IMG/VR virus record: IMGVR_UViG_3300047560_000724
Location: 16,580-80,579 of that record
DNA: 64,000 bases
Reading direction: 5' to 3' (one strand)
From: a virus
Shown in pieces: positions 10,948 to 20,723 of this stretch. Position numbers and translations under genes: made by a program. Positions within the stretch are counted from its first letter, which is position 1. Each line of letters opens with the position of its first letter. The notes beneath the pieces are model-generated. The model worked only from the letters and a program-made list of their open reading frames with translations, had not been told where the DNA came from and made no database searches.

Positions 10948-11508
10948 TTACTCAGCTAATCCTGCTCTAGCACTAATTACATTCCAATTGATGATTTTCC
11001 ATTGGTTTTCTAAGTACTTCTTCTTGTCTGCTTGATAGTCTAATGCCCAAGCGTGTTCCCACCAATCAATAAGCAATACAATATCAAACTTAATATCGTG
11101 GTTCTTTATAGTCTTTATTTTTCCATCTTTTGCCAAGTATACCCATCCGCTACCTTGAATTGCCATCGCTTCTTTAGCAAATGCTTCTTTAAACTTGTCA
11201 AAAGTCTTAAAATGTTTAGTAATAAGTTCACTTGCTGAACCGCTAGGAGCATTAGAATTTGTTGGCTTTTGAAATTGTGTAAAGTACAGATCGTGTAAGA
11301 ATGCACCTGCTTCATTAAAGTCTGCATCGCCTTCTCCGTTATTAAACCGGTCAACATAGGCTTTATATAACTTACCATAATGGTAATCTAATGACTGTTT
11401 ACTTAAACTTTTACCTAACTCATTACGGTCGTACGGTAACGCTGTCTGTGTTAAAGTTTTAGGTGCTTTGCCTTCATTTAATGAAACATATCTGATAAAG
11501 TTATACAT
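10948..11508 (-). CDS. Fe/Mn superoxide dismutase-like protein
   Basis: LDYHYGK, GSGWVYL, DWWEHAW..DY. Confidence 0.85.
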   Translation of the reverse strand: MYNFIRYVSLNEGKAPKTLTQTALPYDRNELGKSLSKQSLDYHYGKLYKAYVDRFNNGEGDADFNEAGAFLHDLYFTQFQKPTNSNAPSGSASELITKHFKTFDKFKEAFAKEAMAIQGSGWVYLAKDGKIKTIKNHDIKFDIVLLIDWWEHAWALDYQADKKKYLENQWKIINWNVISARAGLAE

Positions 11509-11521
11509 AATGATATTTAGC

Positions 11522-11529
11522 TATAAATA
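11522..11529 (+). promoter_or_regulatory. T4-like late promoter motif TATAAATA
   Basis: Exact TATAAATA; TAAATA cores recur before many genes (e.g. 11660, 24395 minus, 34764). Confidence 0.55.
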
Positions 11530-11534
11530 ACACG

Positions 11535-11633
11535 GTCAAGCGGTCAACTGGGCATCCAAGGATCCTTAAGCCACTGCTTTCTCAGTTTTCAAGTGGCACA
11601 GCCAATGTGGCTACAGGCAAATTGGCGCTTGAC
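11535..11633 (+). ncRNA. Candidate structured small RNA or leader
   Basis: Closing stem GTCAAGCG/CGCTTGAC with internal hairpins GCCACT/AGTGGC and AGCCA/TGGCT. Confidence 0.4.
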
Positions 11634-11690
11634 ATTTTTATAATAATGGGTTTTTTTATTATAAATAAAAAACCTAAGGAGACACATAAA

Positions 11691-11936
11691 ATGTTAGGAT
11701 TATTGAAAAAACTATTTGGCGGTAAGCCAGCAGAAGCAGCACCATACAAGGTTGAAACTCCAACCGCAGAAGCAGCACCACAACCAGCTGTTGCTGTTGA
11801 AGGTGCCGGCGCTGTTGAAGTTGTTGCTGAAAAGCCTGCTAAACCAGCCAAAGCTAAAAAGGCACCAGCTGCTAAAAAGCCAGCTGCACCAAAAGCTAAA
11901 AAGCCACGCAAGCCTAAAGCTAAGCCACAGGCATAA
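11691..11936 (+). CDS. Small Lys/Ala/Pro-rich (histone H1-like tail) protein
   Basis: AAGGAG SD; KPAKAKKAPAAKK repeats. Confidence 0.75.
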   Translation: MLGLLKKLFGGKPAEAAPYKVETPTAEAAPQPAVAVEGAGAVEVVAEKPAKPAKAKKAPAAKKPAAPKAKKPRKPKAKPQA

Positions 11937-12954
11937 TACCTAGTTCTATTGCTTGCTCGTATAGAGCATAGCTAGCTAAGTTTTTACCTTTGGATTCGCA
12001 CATGATATCGTGCGTGCCTGCAAAGCTCAGAGCCCATTCGTTAGATTTTTTATTCCAATAAAAATCAGAGTGCGCTCTGAGCTTTTGCTTTTTATATCCG
12101 TCTAGAAGGAGCTGGGCATGAACAGGTGCGGTAAGCCGGTCATGGTCCACAAGATAATCTTCACGACTAACTGAATAATGAAGTGTAGGGCGCACACCGC
12201 GCCAACTATCCACAACACGGCTAATGCGAGGATCGTCCGCAGAGATGTATTCCCCTTCACGGATCCAATGGTGATGTATATCGAGCACAATAGGAACGAT
12301 ATCGCTAATAGATAAACAGTCATTTAATCCCCATGCGTTTTCTTCGTTTTCGATAGTAATACAGTTTCTTGCTTCTGGCGATAATTTTGCGTAGGCACTG
12401 CGGATACCGGCTGGACCTTCTTTACCGGAGATGTGGACATTGATCTTGAAGTCCTGAAAGGACTTGCCGTAACCCATCCAACGAGCCATATCCGCATGAT
12501 ATTCAAATTCCTCTATTGACCGGTTGACAATACCGGGGTTGCTAGATGCCAAAACTGTAAACTGACCAGGATGCATACTAAGTCGAACACCGTGAGCTCT
12601 AGCAATATCACCCACTCGTTTAAAGTTGGTTTCGGCGTATGATACAACAGAAGGTTCGCGCCAATAACTAGCATAATCGTCGTGAGTATAAACAGGCAGA
12701 ATGTCGCTAGACAAGCGTACCATACGCAAAGGTTCAGGAAGCTGGCTAACACGCTCTACCAACTTGCGAGTTGCTTCGATATTGCCTACCATTAGGTCCC
12801 ATAGTTTTTGCTCCGCGACATCTCTTGATTGTCTATTTAACCAAGCTACGGTAGTTGTGCTAGTATTGTATTGTTTTGCATCGTCTTTGGCGCCGATGCC
12901 ATTAACTTGTTCAGGATGATCGATCCATTTACATGCGAAGCCTATTTTGCCCAT
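11920..12954 (-). CDS. uvsE: UV damage endonuclease UvsE/UvdE
   Basis: GFAC, RLSSD, RLSMHPGQF, IENEE, LDIHHHW, HYS, AHSD. Confidence 0.93.
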   Translation of the reverse strand: MGKIGFACKWIDHPEQVNGIGAKDDAKQYNTSTTTVAWLNRQSRDVAEQKLWDLMVGNIEATRKLVERVSQLPEPLRMVRLSSDILPVYTHDDYASYWREPSVVSYAETNFKRVGDIARAHGVRLSMHPGQFTVLASSNPGIVNRSIEEFEYHADMARWMGYGKSFQDFKINVHISGKEGPAGIRSAYAKLSPEARNCITIENEENAWGLNDCLSISDIVPIVLDIHHHWIREGEYISADDPRISRVVDSWRGVRPTLHYSVSREDYLVDHDRLTAPVHAQLLLDGYKKQKLRAHSDFYWNKKSNEWALSFAGTHDIMCESKGKNLASYALYEQAIELGIMPVA

Positions 12955-12961
12955 TTGTGCC

Positions 12962-13126
12962 TTACCAGTGACGGATTACTCCTGCCACAATAAAAATGTT
13001 AGTGATAATGTATGTTAACACAATACAAGTACGAATGCAAGCAATTCGGTCCGCTTCTGCGTCCGAATTACCTGCTTTTTCTCCTAATGCTTTAGCCCAA
13101 AGTCGCCAAACTTTATTGTTTATCAT
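12962..13126 (-). CDS. Small membrane protein
   Basis: 54-aa ORF read manually (MINNKVWRLWAKALGEK...IRHW). Confidence 0.6.
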   Translation of the reverse strand: MINNKVWRLWAKALGEKAGNSDAEADRIACIRTCIVLTYIITNIFIVAGVIRHW

Positions 13127-13255
13127 CTTTCGGTACTACAATGCCATATTGCTTGTACATCCAATTGATAAAATGTTCAATAGGATAGCTAGGGCCTACT
13201 TCTTTTGTATAAGCCTTATATGCAATACTTACACGCTCTAGCCATTGTTTATCGT

Positions 13256-13771
13256 TCATGCAAACAAATCCTCGTTCCATTCACGATGACCTTCACGGAA
13301 AGCCATATTGCTTTGTGTTTCTCTAACTTCTACACGATAGCACCATAGTCTTGCTGCTTCGCCTGGGCCCCACATTTCTGGAATGTAAACACCGTTAACA
13401 TATTTGTAAAGCATATCGCTAAGACCTTCACAACCTAGTCTTGGTAGTACCACTACCTTAGCCATTTTCTTTTCTACTAACAGCTTATATGTTTCCATTT
13501 CTGGATCATCAGCGGCTACAATAAGTGTGTGGTCAAATTGATCTTCTAATGTTTTCTTTAGTTCTTTAAGACCACCGTAGTCAGCAGCCCAATTACGGAC
13601 ATCTAAATCGTTGGTGCCAAAGTAAAATTTCATACTAAATGAATAGCCGTGAATTAGATTACAATGACTATCAGCTCGCCATTGGCGATAAGCGCAGGGA
13701 AATGCGTCGTGATATTCTTTTGTACTTGTATATTTGTATGTGATTGGTTTTGGATCAATTATTGTTGTCAT
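13256..13771 (-). CDS. 6-pyruvoyl-tetrahydropterin synthase / QueD-like paralog
   Basis: HCNLIHGY, DYGGLK, FDH, VEVRET. Confidence 0.85.
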   Translation of the reverse strand: MTTIIDPKPITYKYTSTKEYHDAFPCAYRQWRADSHCNLIHGYSFSMKFYFGTNDLDVRNWAADYGGLKELKKTLEDQFDHTLIVAADDPEMETYKLLVEKKMAKVVVLPRLGCEGLSDMLYKYVNGVYIPEMWGPGEAARLWCYRVEVRETQSNMAFREGHREWNEDLFA

Positions 13772-14197
13772 TTATATTCCTACGGTTACATTGCATTTTC
13801 TTGTTTCTTCAATATTAACTGATACTAGTTTAACACCAGTGCCATCTAATTGTCTAGGACCTATTTCGTCAATTAAATACTGTCCCATATTTTCTGCGGT
13901 TGGATTAAAGTCTACTACTACTACACCTTCTGGGTCTGCTAAAGGCAATGTTTTTGCCAAAGGATCTTTATCCCAAACAAGAAATTTGTGATCCCATTCT
14001 TCCTCTAGCCAGTAGCCCAGTCGTTCTTTAATTGCGGAAAAGTCCATAACACGCCCGACTGAATCGAGTTCGTCTGCTTCCACTGTTAAATGGATTCTAT
14101 AGTTGTGGCCATGTAAATGGGCGCACTTTGATTCGTGTCCGTAAACACGATGACCTGTTGAAAAGTCGTGATAGCGAGTTGCTGTGATTTTTGCCAT
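13772..14197 (-). CDS. queD: 6-carboxytetrahydropterin synthase QueD
   Basis: H..GHESKCAHLHGHNY, DF..IK, WDH, NPTAEN, EET. Confidence 0.9.
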   Translation of the reverse strand: MAKITATRYHDFSTGHRVYGHESKCAHLHGHNYRIHLTVEADELDSVGRVMDFSAIKERLGYWLEEEWDHKFLVWDKDPLAKTLPLADPEGVVVVDFNPTAENMGQYLIDEIGPRQLDGTGVKLVSVNIEETRKCNVTVGI

Positions 14198-14218
14198 TGT
14201 TAATCTCCATTAAGCAAT

Positions 14219-14262
14219 GACACGCAGAATTTATAATGCGGGATGAGCGTCTAAGGCCGCAT
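14219..14262 (-). promoter_or_regulatory. Candidate preQ1-I-like H-type pseudoknot in queD leader
   Basis: P1 ATGCGG/CCGCAT, loop ACGC pairs with 3' GCGT, CATCCC and A/T-rich linker, just before the queD SD. Confidence 0.5.
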
Positions 14263-14268
14263 ACTGTA

Positions 14269-14296
14269 ATTATACAGTATTTGATATTAATGTCAA
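14269..14296 (-). promoter_or_regulatory. Sigma70-type promoter for queD pair
   Basis: TTGACA-16-TATAAT; inverted repeat ATACTGTA..TACAGTAT (14261-14280) over the -10. Confidence 0.65.
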
Positions 14297-14298
14297 TG

Positions 14299-16176
14299 TT
14301 ATTGGCGTCCAATACCGCCAAATGGTTCCCATTGTCCTGGAGTACCAGTTACTACACAAACCCAACCTACATAACTGTGAACTTGTGGTTTGGTATTCCA
14401 ACAGATATCACCTACTTGGAATGAACCTTGGGTAGGTACTTCGGACCCAGTGATAAATTTCTTACCATCAATCCTTGCAGGGCCTTTTACAGTTAAGTCA
14501 ACATCTGCGTCTGGGTTGTTAACACCAACGCTTAGTTTTCCGTAAACATTAATAATCTTTGCTGGATCTAACTTGTTGCCAATACCAAAAGTATCTTTTG
14601 TAATTTGTAAGCGGTTAAATCCGTAAAATCCAACATTGAATGAACTAGTTGGATTAACACCAGTTGGTGTAAATGTTAAAGTATTAACATCATCTTTTAC
14701 AGCAATGCTGCTAGATAAAATCTTATTAGCGTTAAGCTCTCCTGAAAATTCAGATGCGCCTTGTACGCTTAGTGTCTTTAGTGCGCCTAGTGTAGTTAAT
14801 TTTGATTCTACCACTGAGTCGCCGAGTGCGGTTTCTGTGATAACCGTCTGCTTGTTTATGCTGAATACTTTTGTTTTAGCAAGATCGATAGATTCAGTTG
14901 ACCAAATTCTATCAGGACCATTCATTAACATAAATTGCTTAGGACCTCTAGGACTAGACCATAGCAAGCCCATACCATATACAGGGTTATCTGGAGTTTC
15001 CGCAAACTCTAACGGAGTTGATCTAGTTAGTCGTGTATCGCTAACAACTTTATCAGCATGAAGTTCGCCGAACACTCTTAGGATACCGTTACGGGTACTT
15101 TCGTTTCCAATATGTACCTCACCATTACTTTTTAATATAATGCGATCAGTGTTGTCTGTAACCAGTGATAAGTCATGACTAGTATGAGTACCAATCTTAC
15201 CTTTACCAAGAGTAGGTGCTCCAAACACAAGTTCTACATCATTTTCTGCAAGACTTAAAAGCGCATTTGGAACATCAGTACCTAAGCCTAAACGACTGTC
15301 AGTAAAGAATGCAAATTGACTAATGTTAGCATTACCATTAACTGTTAATGAAGTTAAGTTACCTAATCGTCTTAGGTTACTGCTTACAATTGAATCGCCA
15401 AGCCTGTCTGCAAGGATAACAGGAATGTTGTTTACACGATATGATTTATCTTTAGGAATATTAAAGTTAGCATCAGTAAAGATGTTACCACCTGCTTGGT
15501 ATGCTAGTTTGTAGTTTAAAGAATCAATGTGCCATGACAAACCTTTATTAACGACATCAGCATCTACAGCACCTTTAAATTTTCCAAACTCTAATGTTGA
15601 GCCGTCTTCTGTTAAGATGTTTTTTGCTTTGATTGTTTCGGCTTCAATGCCTTTTACTTTTAAAAGTCCAGTAACTGTTAGTGTTTTAGATGCAGCATTT
15701 ACTTCGACAAAACTTGATAATTTTACATCGCCGCGAACATCTAAAGTTAATAGCTCACCAACTTTAGTTAAGTTACTGTTTGTAACAGTATCACCAATTG
15801 TTGTTGTATTAATTACTAATGAGTTGTTAATCTTGTATTCTTTATCTTTAGCTAGATTAACACTAGTGTCTGCAAAAATTGTTCCGTTAGCTTGATATAC
15901 TAACTTGTAAGATTTTGCATCTGTGTGCCAGAACATACCTGTATTTTGTATGCCAGCATCTTCCATACTGCGGTATACACCTGGCTCTGCGTAGGATCCG
16001 TTGTCTGTAACAATTTTGCTGGCTCTTAGCACACCGGTTACAGTTAGGTTATTGTTAACATCAACCGCACCCGCTACAATTAATTGGCCAGTATGGTTAA
16101 CTGTGCCCTCTATTTGTGCAACTTTAAGTTTGTTAATAACGACCTTGTCGTCTTCAATATTGAAAATTTGGCTCAT
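14299..16176 (-). CDS. Putative virion structural protein with internal repeats
   Basis: Three beta-rich repeats (..GD.V..S.L..LG.L..L.V.G); TAAATA upstream. Confidence 0.6.
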   Translation of the reverse strand: MSQIFNIEDDKVVINKLKVAQIEGTVNHTGQLIVAGAVDVNNNLTVTGVLRASKIVTDNGSYAEPGVYRSMEDAGIQNTGMFWHTDAKSYKLVYQANGTIFADTSVNLAKDKEYKINNSLVINTTTIGDTVTNSNLTKVGELLTLDVRGDVKLSSFVEVNAASKTLTVTGLLKVKGIEAETIKAKNILTEDGSTLEFGKFKGAVDADVVNKGLSWHIDSLNYKLAYQAGGNIFTDANFNIPKDKSYRVNNIPVILADRLGDSIVSSNLRRLGNLTSLTVNGNANISQFAFFTDSRLGLGTDVPNALLSLAENDVELVFGAPTLGKGKIGTHTSHDLSLVTDNTDRIILKSNGEVHIGNESTRNGILRVFGELHADKVVSDTRLTRSTPLEFAETPDNPVYGMGLLWSSPRGPKQFMLMNGPDRIWSTESIDLAKTKVFSINKQTVITETALGDSVVESKLTTLGALKTLSVQGASEFSGELNANKILSSSIAVKDDVNTLTFTPTGVNPTSSFNVGFYGFNRLQITKDTFGIGNKLDPAKIINVYGKLSVGVNNPDADVDLTVKGPARIDGKKFITGSEVPTQGSFQVGDICWNTKPQVHSYVGWVCVVTGTPGQWEPFGGIGRQ

Positions 16177-16258
16177 AATAAGTCTCTCGTCCAGTATTTA
16201 TCTTAGACTGTGAGCATTACTTGAGCCAAAAAAAAGCGGCATTTAAGCCGCTTTTGGG

Positions 16259-17461
16259 TTATGCTACTTTGAGTAGAATGGTGTCTTCGTTGAGACGACC
16301 ATTCATTTTAGTGTCTGTAGCGTTGATATCTTCTAGGAACTTACGCAACTGTACCTTACCCGCCGCTTTAAACTCTTTGAGCTTTTCTTCTGGCTTGCGG
16401 ATAGTTTTACAGATACTCTTGAACTCGTCGAATCCTGTAAGACTTGTGCCTTTAACCCCTAAATCCGCAAACTCAGATGCAACATACTTGCCTAGCTTAC
16501 GAGTTTTAGTGTTATAGATCCAAAGCTCTTTTGCACCAATGATATCTGTAGGGCTAACTGATACCAGCTTCAACGGTTCGTCACTCTTCTTAAATTTAAG
16601 TTTAGCAACAACCTTCTCTGCTGGTACTGTCTTTTTAGCACGAGGCTTGCGGTTAACCTTAGCTTCTTGTGCAAGCATTGTACAAGCAGAGTCAACTTCT
16701 TGATAGAATGCAATTAGAGCTTTAATCTGCTTCTTGCTACGGTGTGAGTAACCTTCACGCAACTGTTCGTCAGCTTTGCCGCTAGCAAGCTCAAGCAATT
16801 CATTCAAGTCTTTGCTATAAAAGTCTTTGATAATACGAGCATGAGCGGCTTTGGCTTCTACAGCCTTGAGCAAGTTAAGAACCTTAAATGCTTTTGGATC
16901 AAAGTTCTCAGCATCTGTTTGGAAACTTTCAATCGCATTTTCGATTTCCTCAGTCATACGATAAGCGGCTTCACGAACACGCTCTTGAATTGACGGAGTA
17001 TAAACTGCAGGCTTGTCTGCTTCTTTAGCCTTTTCTGCTTCTTCGTCGATGTCATCTTTACCTTGAGAAATCACATCGACAATTTGTTTACGCAACCATT
17101 CAGCAGTATCACGACCTTCGTTGAAGTCTGCTCGCTGAGGAGTCATTCCGCGAAGCAAACAAGATGCAATAGCACCCATTGTTGATCCGCAACGGTTGTC
17201 TTTAGTTTTCTTAAATGCGGCAATGTCAGCTTTAGTGCAACCAACTTTTTCCATCCACTTAATTACAGCAGGCTTGAAACTCTTGCTGTCTGCTTCAAGG
17301 CGATAGTAGTTCATTGCCACTCGAAAGTGTTTATGGAACTGATCAGCAGGCCAAGTTTCGCAACCATCCCAAGTTGGGCTATAGTCCTTAGCCGCCTTAG
17401 TGCGGTGGGCAATAACTTGCTTTTTGGTTACACGAGTTTTGGTTGCAGATTTTGTAGCCAT
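16259..17461 (-). CDS. Hypothetical phage protein
   Basis: 400-aa ORF with AGGAG SD and its own sigma70 promoter. Confidence 0.8.
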   Translation of the reverse strand: MATKSATKTRVTKKQVIAHRTKAAKDYSPTWDGCETWPADQFHKHFRVAMNYYRLEADSKSFKPAVIKWMEKVGCTKADIAAFKKTKDNRCGSTMGAIASCLLRGMTPQRADFNEGRDTAEWLRKQIVDVISQGKDDIDEEAEKAKEADKPAVYTPSIQERVREAAYRMTEEIENAIESFQTDAENFDPKAFKVLNLLKAVEAKAAHARIIKDFYSKDLNELLELASGKADEQLREGYSHRSKKQIKALIAFYQEVDSACTMLAQEAKVNRKPRAKKTVPAEKVVAKLKFKKSDEPLKLVSVSPTDIIGAKELWIYNTKTRKLGKYVASEFADLGVKGTSLTGFDEFKSICKTIRKPEEKLKEFKAAGKVQLRKFLEDINATDTKMNGRLNEDTILLKVA

Positions 17462-17516
17462 TTAAGTCACTCCTAACTGTTAATATGTATTATTATAGCA
17501 CGAACAATAGGTTGTG

Positions 17517-18587
17517 TCAACCGGGCTGTTGCTGATTGAATTCGAATACTTTGTCCAAATCTTCTTGTGTGTAGTCCGAACGCAATTGGCTACCATCAAC
17601 AATATCACGCATTGGTACCATATCAAATTGGACCCGATGCTTACTGTTATCGTCAAAGTTGTGCCAGCCAATTTCTGCTTTTAAGCTATCGGCAAAATTA
17701 ATACTCTGTTGGATTTCTCCAGGTTTAGTCATTAATTTGACAATTATTTTTTCTAATCGAGTAGGATTATTTCTTATTACTTCAACCACTTTGGAAAAGT
17801 TTTTTGTAAACAATTCCGGCTTCATAAATTCAAAGTGAGCACTAAAAATTAATATGTTATAGTTGTCTGCATTCTTAGCCCAATAACTAGGGCCTTGACT
17901 TCCATTGGATACTAGCATTACATGTTGGTTGCGTTGAGCAAGATGTTCAACAAACGGTTCAAAGTCTGGATTAAGTGTAGGTTCACCGCCACCAAAGTAC
18001 CAACGGATAGGATTACCTTCACTCCAATTGTCAATTATGTTGTCTGCTGTTCTTGTTAGCAATGCTAGTGACTTATGCGGATCAGTAGTGTTATGTACTC
18101 CCGGCCAGCAATAACTACAGCTATAGTTGCATCTCCTACCAATATCCCATAATACTTGTTTTGGTATTTTTACTTTTAATTTTAATGCAGACGGGCTAGT
18201 GATATTTTTTAAAGGTATTAATGTGTAGGTAAAATTGTCTTTTAAGAATTCTGTAGGGCTGTCTTTACATTTTGTAATAACAATGTCAGAACCGCACCCG
18301 CAACTATTGTAAGGGCATACTACTCCCGTCTTAGGTAGTACATATTCTTTTCGTATATTACCGCGAAACCCCCAAGGCCGCAAACCACTCTTTATATCAT
18401 AGTTTAGCCTAGCATCTGAACTTGCACAGTTAGCGACCCACATATAACCATCAAAGTCTATATACAAGTTTTCAACTCCTGCAGAACAGTTCCATCCTTT
18501 AAAAGAATTAAGTTTAGACGACACAAGATCTTCAATGCTTGCTTCTGCTATTCCGCTCTCGCCTTGTAAAATTAAAGTCTTGCTCAT
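17517..18587 (-). CDS. Radical SAM protein with N-terminal SPASM/twitch-like domain
   Basis: CNYSCSYC, GGGEPT; N-terminal C..G.E.L.ID.DG...C...C.C. Confidence 0.85.
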   Translation of the reverse strand: MSKTLILQGESGIAEASIEDLVSSKLNSFKGWNCSAGVENLYIDFDGYMWVANCASSDARLNYDIKSGLRPWGFRGNIRKEYVLPKTGVVCPYNSCGCGSDIVITKCKDSPTEFLKDNFTYTLIPLKNITSPSALKLKVKIPKQVLWDIGRRCNYSCSYCWPGVHNTTDPHKSLALLTRTADNIIDNWSEGNPIRWYFGGGEPTLNPDFEPFVEHLAQRNQHVMLVSNGSQGPSYWAKNADNYNILIFSAHFEFMKPELFTKNFSKVVEVIRNNPTRLEKIIVKLMTKPGEIQQSINFADSLKAEIGWHNFDDNSKHRVQFDMVPMRDIVDGSQLRSDYTQEDLDKVFEFNQQQPG

Positions 18588-19531
18588 TCTTCTTTAGTAC
18601 ACATAATGTCAAAGTTACAATGACACATTGTTTTATTACATACTATTGGCTCATCTGGAAATGTTAAGTTAGGATCGTCAATACGGCCAATAGGTCCGCC
18701 TACCTTACACCAACCTCTGTGTACAGTACCGTCCATGTCTACAATTAATTGTTCAAGTCCTGCATAACATTTCCAACCTGACCAGTCATTTGCATTCCTA
18801 GCAATAAACTGGTGTGCGCCTGCAATTTTAAATTGCCCTGCAGAGTTTACCATCTTCATAGCACCGCGATATGTTCGCATTTCTTTATCATGCTTAATTT
18901 TAGGTGTAAACACTTGATGTTGGGTATCAAACACTTTCTTTTGTTCTTCAGTGTAATTGTACAGCGTATCACCAAAATCAACAATCAGCGGCTGTAGTGC
19001 CAATGATATGTTTGAGTATTCTACTACACGCTCTGCAAGTTTGTAACACTCGTCAAACTTTTCAGGACTCATCATAACATTGACATGCGTTCTTATGTCG
19101 TTATGTACGGTGCCTAGTATTTTTAAAAAGTGTTCAGGATCTGCAAATTCAGGATGGAAACTTAAACATACATGATCAAACAGTAGTTTATTTTCTTCCC
19201 ACCAGCGTTGTGTTCTAGAGCCGTTTGATATTAGACCAATCTTTACATCTTGATCTTTACAGAACTGTGCTAGTTCTAAGAAATGTTTGTAGACTGTAAC
19301 TTCACCACCGGTGAATTCAAAGTATAGTTTCTTATTAGCAAAGCGTTCTTTAACTTTAAGAATAAAGTTTTGTATTGTTTCTAGTGCCGGCCAACCTTGG
19401 CTACCGTCATGTAACCCTTTAGGGCAATATGAACAAGCATAGTTACAAGTGTTACCGAGACACCAATTTACTACAAACCAATCGGCATTTGTAGGATCAG
19501 CATGGACAAGTTTAATATATTTTTTAGGCAT
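18584..19531 (-). CDS. Radical SAM protein with C-terminal SPASM/twitch-like domain
   Basis: CNYACSYC, TGGEV; C-terminal CYAGLEQLIVDMDG...C...CHC. Confidence 0.88.
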   Translation of the reverse strand: MPKKYIKLVHADPTNADWFVVNWCLGNTCNYACSYCPKGLHDGSQGWPALETIQNFILKVKERFANKKLYFEFTGGEVTVYKHFLELAQFCKDQDVKIGLISNGSRTQRWWEENKLLFDHVCLSFHPEFADPEHFLKILGTVHNDIRTHVNVMMSPEKFDECYKLAERVVEYSNISLALQPLIVDFGDTLYNYTEEQKKVFDTQHQVFTPKIKHDKEMRTYRGAMKMVNSAGQFKIAGAHQFIARNANDWSGWKCYAGLEQLIVDMDGTVHRGWCKVGGPIGRIDDPNLTFPDEPIVCNKTMCHCNFDIMCTKEE

Positions 19532-19538
19532 ATAGTAA

Positions 19539-19763
19539 TTATGTCCAGCGTAACAAAAACCAGTCTAAGTCCGACTTCTTTTTAAATTCGAAGATGTGAT
19601 ACGCAGTCCGAGCATGATACCCGAGTGTATCTAAGCACCAGTTGTTTATTTCTACATACTGTTCTTCGGCAAACGGTTCAGGCTGTCCAAATTTAGCCGG
19701 AGCATTTTCCGACCAAACTTCAGCCATCCACTTCTTACCTCTTTGCCGTATCTCTATGTCCAC
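19539..19763 (-). CDS. Hypothetical protein
   Basis: ORF in the gene run. Confidence 0.65.
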   Translation of the reverse strand: MDIEIRQRGKKWMAEVWSENAPAKFGQPEPFAEEQYVEINNWCLDTLGYHARTAYHIFEFKKKSDLDWFLLRWT

Positions 19764-20584
19764 AAACTTTGACGAATTTTAATTAGACGAATCATCATTT
19801 GCTCGTCTTCTTTTTCGTAAGCGGCTTCGATTTTACGAAGCAACTTGTGCGACTTATTGCTCATTTTACGAAGTTCGGCATTATCTTGTTCACCGAAGTT
19901 TAATCTTCCACCGTTGGCCTGACGACTAGCTTCGCAATATTCACTCCACCCGCTAGCATCGTAAGGGTCAGGACGATTGCGATAAGTAACAGTCCACCAA
20001 GTGTAAAGCTCAATAATTTCCTTAGCGGCTTTAGCTTGGTATGTGGGTTCTGCTTTGTGTTTCTCACCTTCTTCAAGGAATTCTTCATTAGTAAGAGTGG
20101 CCGCCCAGCGTAGATATTCTAAGCCAGCTTCTGGGCAACGCCAGGTACGCCAGCGCAACCAACCACTACGATACCAAGGCACATTGAACTTAGTTTTAGC
20201 TTCGTCACTCCAAATGCAGTGATGCCATGCCTGTTCTATTTCAACGAAATCAACAAGCTCATTAAAAAGGCAAGGAAGGAACCGACTGCCAAGATCAGAC
20301 CAACTACCGGGTTTAATGTCTCGGGGATGAGCTGTAAGACTATGAGACCTAGAGACCCAACGATTATTAATATAGTATCTAACATCATTAAGTTTGTCCG
20401 GAATCCAGTAAACAATTTTTTGAGCATAATCTAATCCTTCTTCTGCAATCCACCACCGGACAGGATGTGCAGACTTAGCCTGCTCTTCCCAGTTGTTCCA
20501 TTCTGCACTAGTACCCATTTTAAGTTTTGGTGTACCACGCAACCAATCTGCAAACGGACTAATTGTCCAGTAGTGACTACGCAT
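19754..20584 (-). CDS. Hypothetical Trp-rich phage protein
   Basis: 276-aa ORF with AAGGA SD. Confidence 0.8.
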   Translation of the reverse strand: MRSHYWTISPFADWLRGTPKLKMGTSAEWNNWEEQAKSAHPVRWWIAEEGLDYAQKIVYWIPDKLNDVRYYINNRWVSRSHSLTAHPRDIKPGSWSDLGSRFLPCLFNELVDFVEIEQAWHHCIWSDEAKTKFNVPWYRSGWLRWRTWRCPEAGLEYLRWAATLTNEEFLEEGEKHKAEPTYQAKAAKEIIELYTWWTVTYRNRPDPYDASGWSEYCEASRQANGGRLNFGEQDNAELRKMSNKSHKLLRKIEAAYEKEDEQMMIRLIKIRQSLWT

Positions 20585-20723
20585 TTTTATTCCTTAATCA
20601 AATCGATTGCATATACTTGGCCGAAGCCGGCCTTGTATACGCAAAACATTGTTGCTTCGTGGAAGTTTGGAAAGACTTTGCTGACTAGTGTTCCTCCACT
20701 TAGATAATACTTAACTCTATACA

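Noticed and set aside
5548-16517. Plus-strand ORFs antisense to structural genes (e.g. 5548-5868, 14636-15061, 15527-15895)
   Set aside because: Shadow frames of long minus-strand genes with no independent signals.
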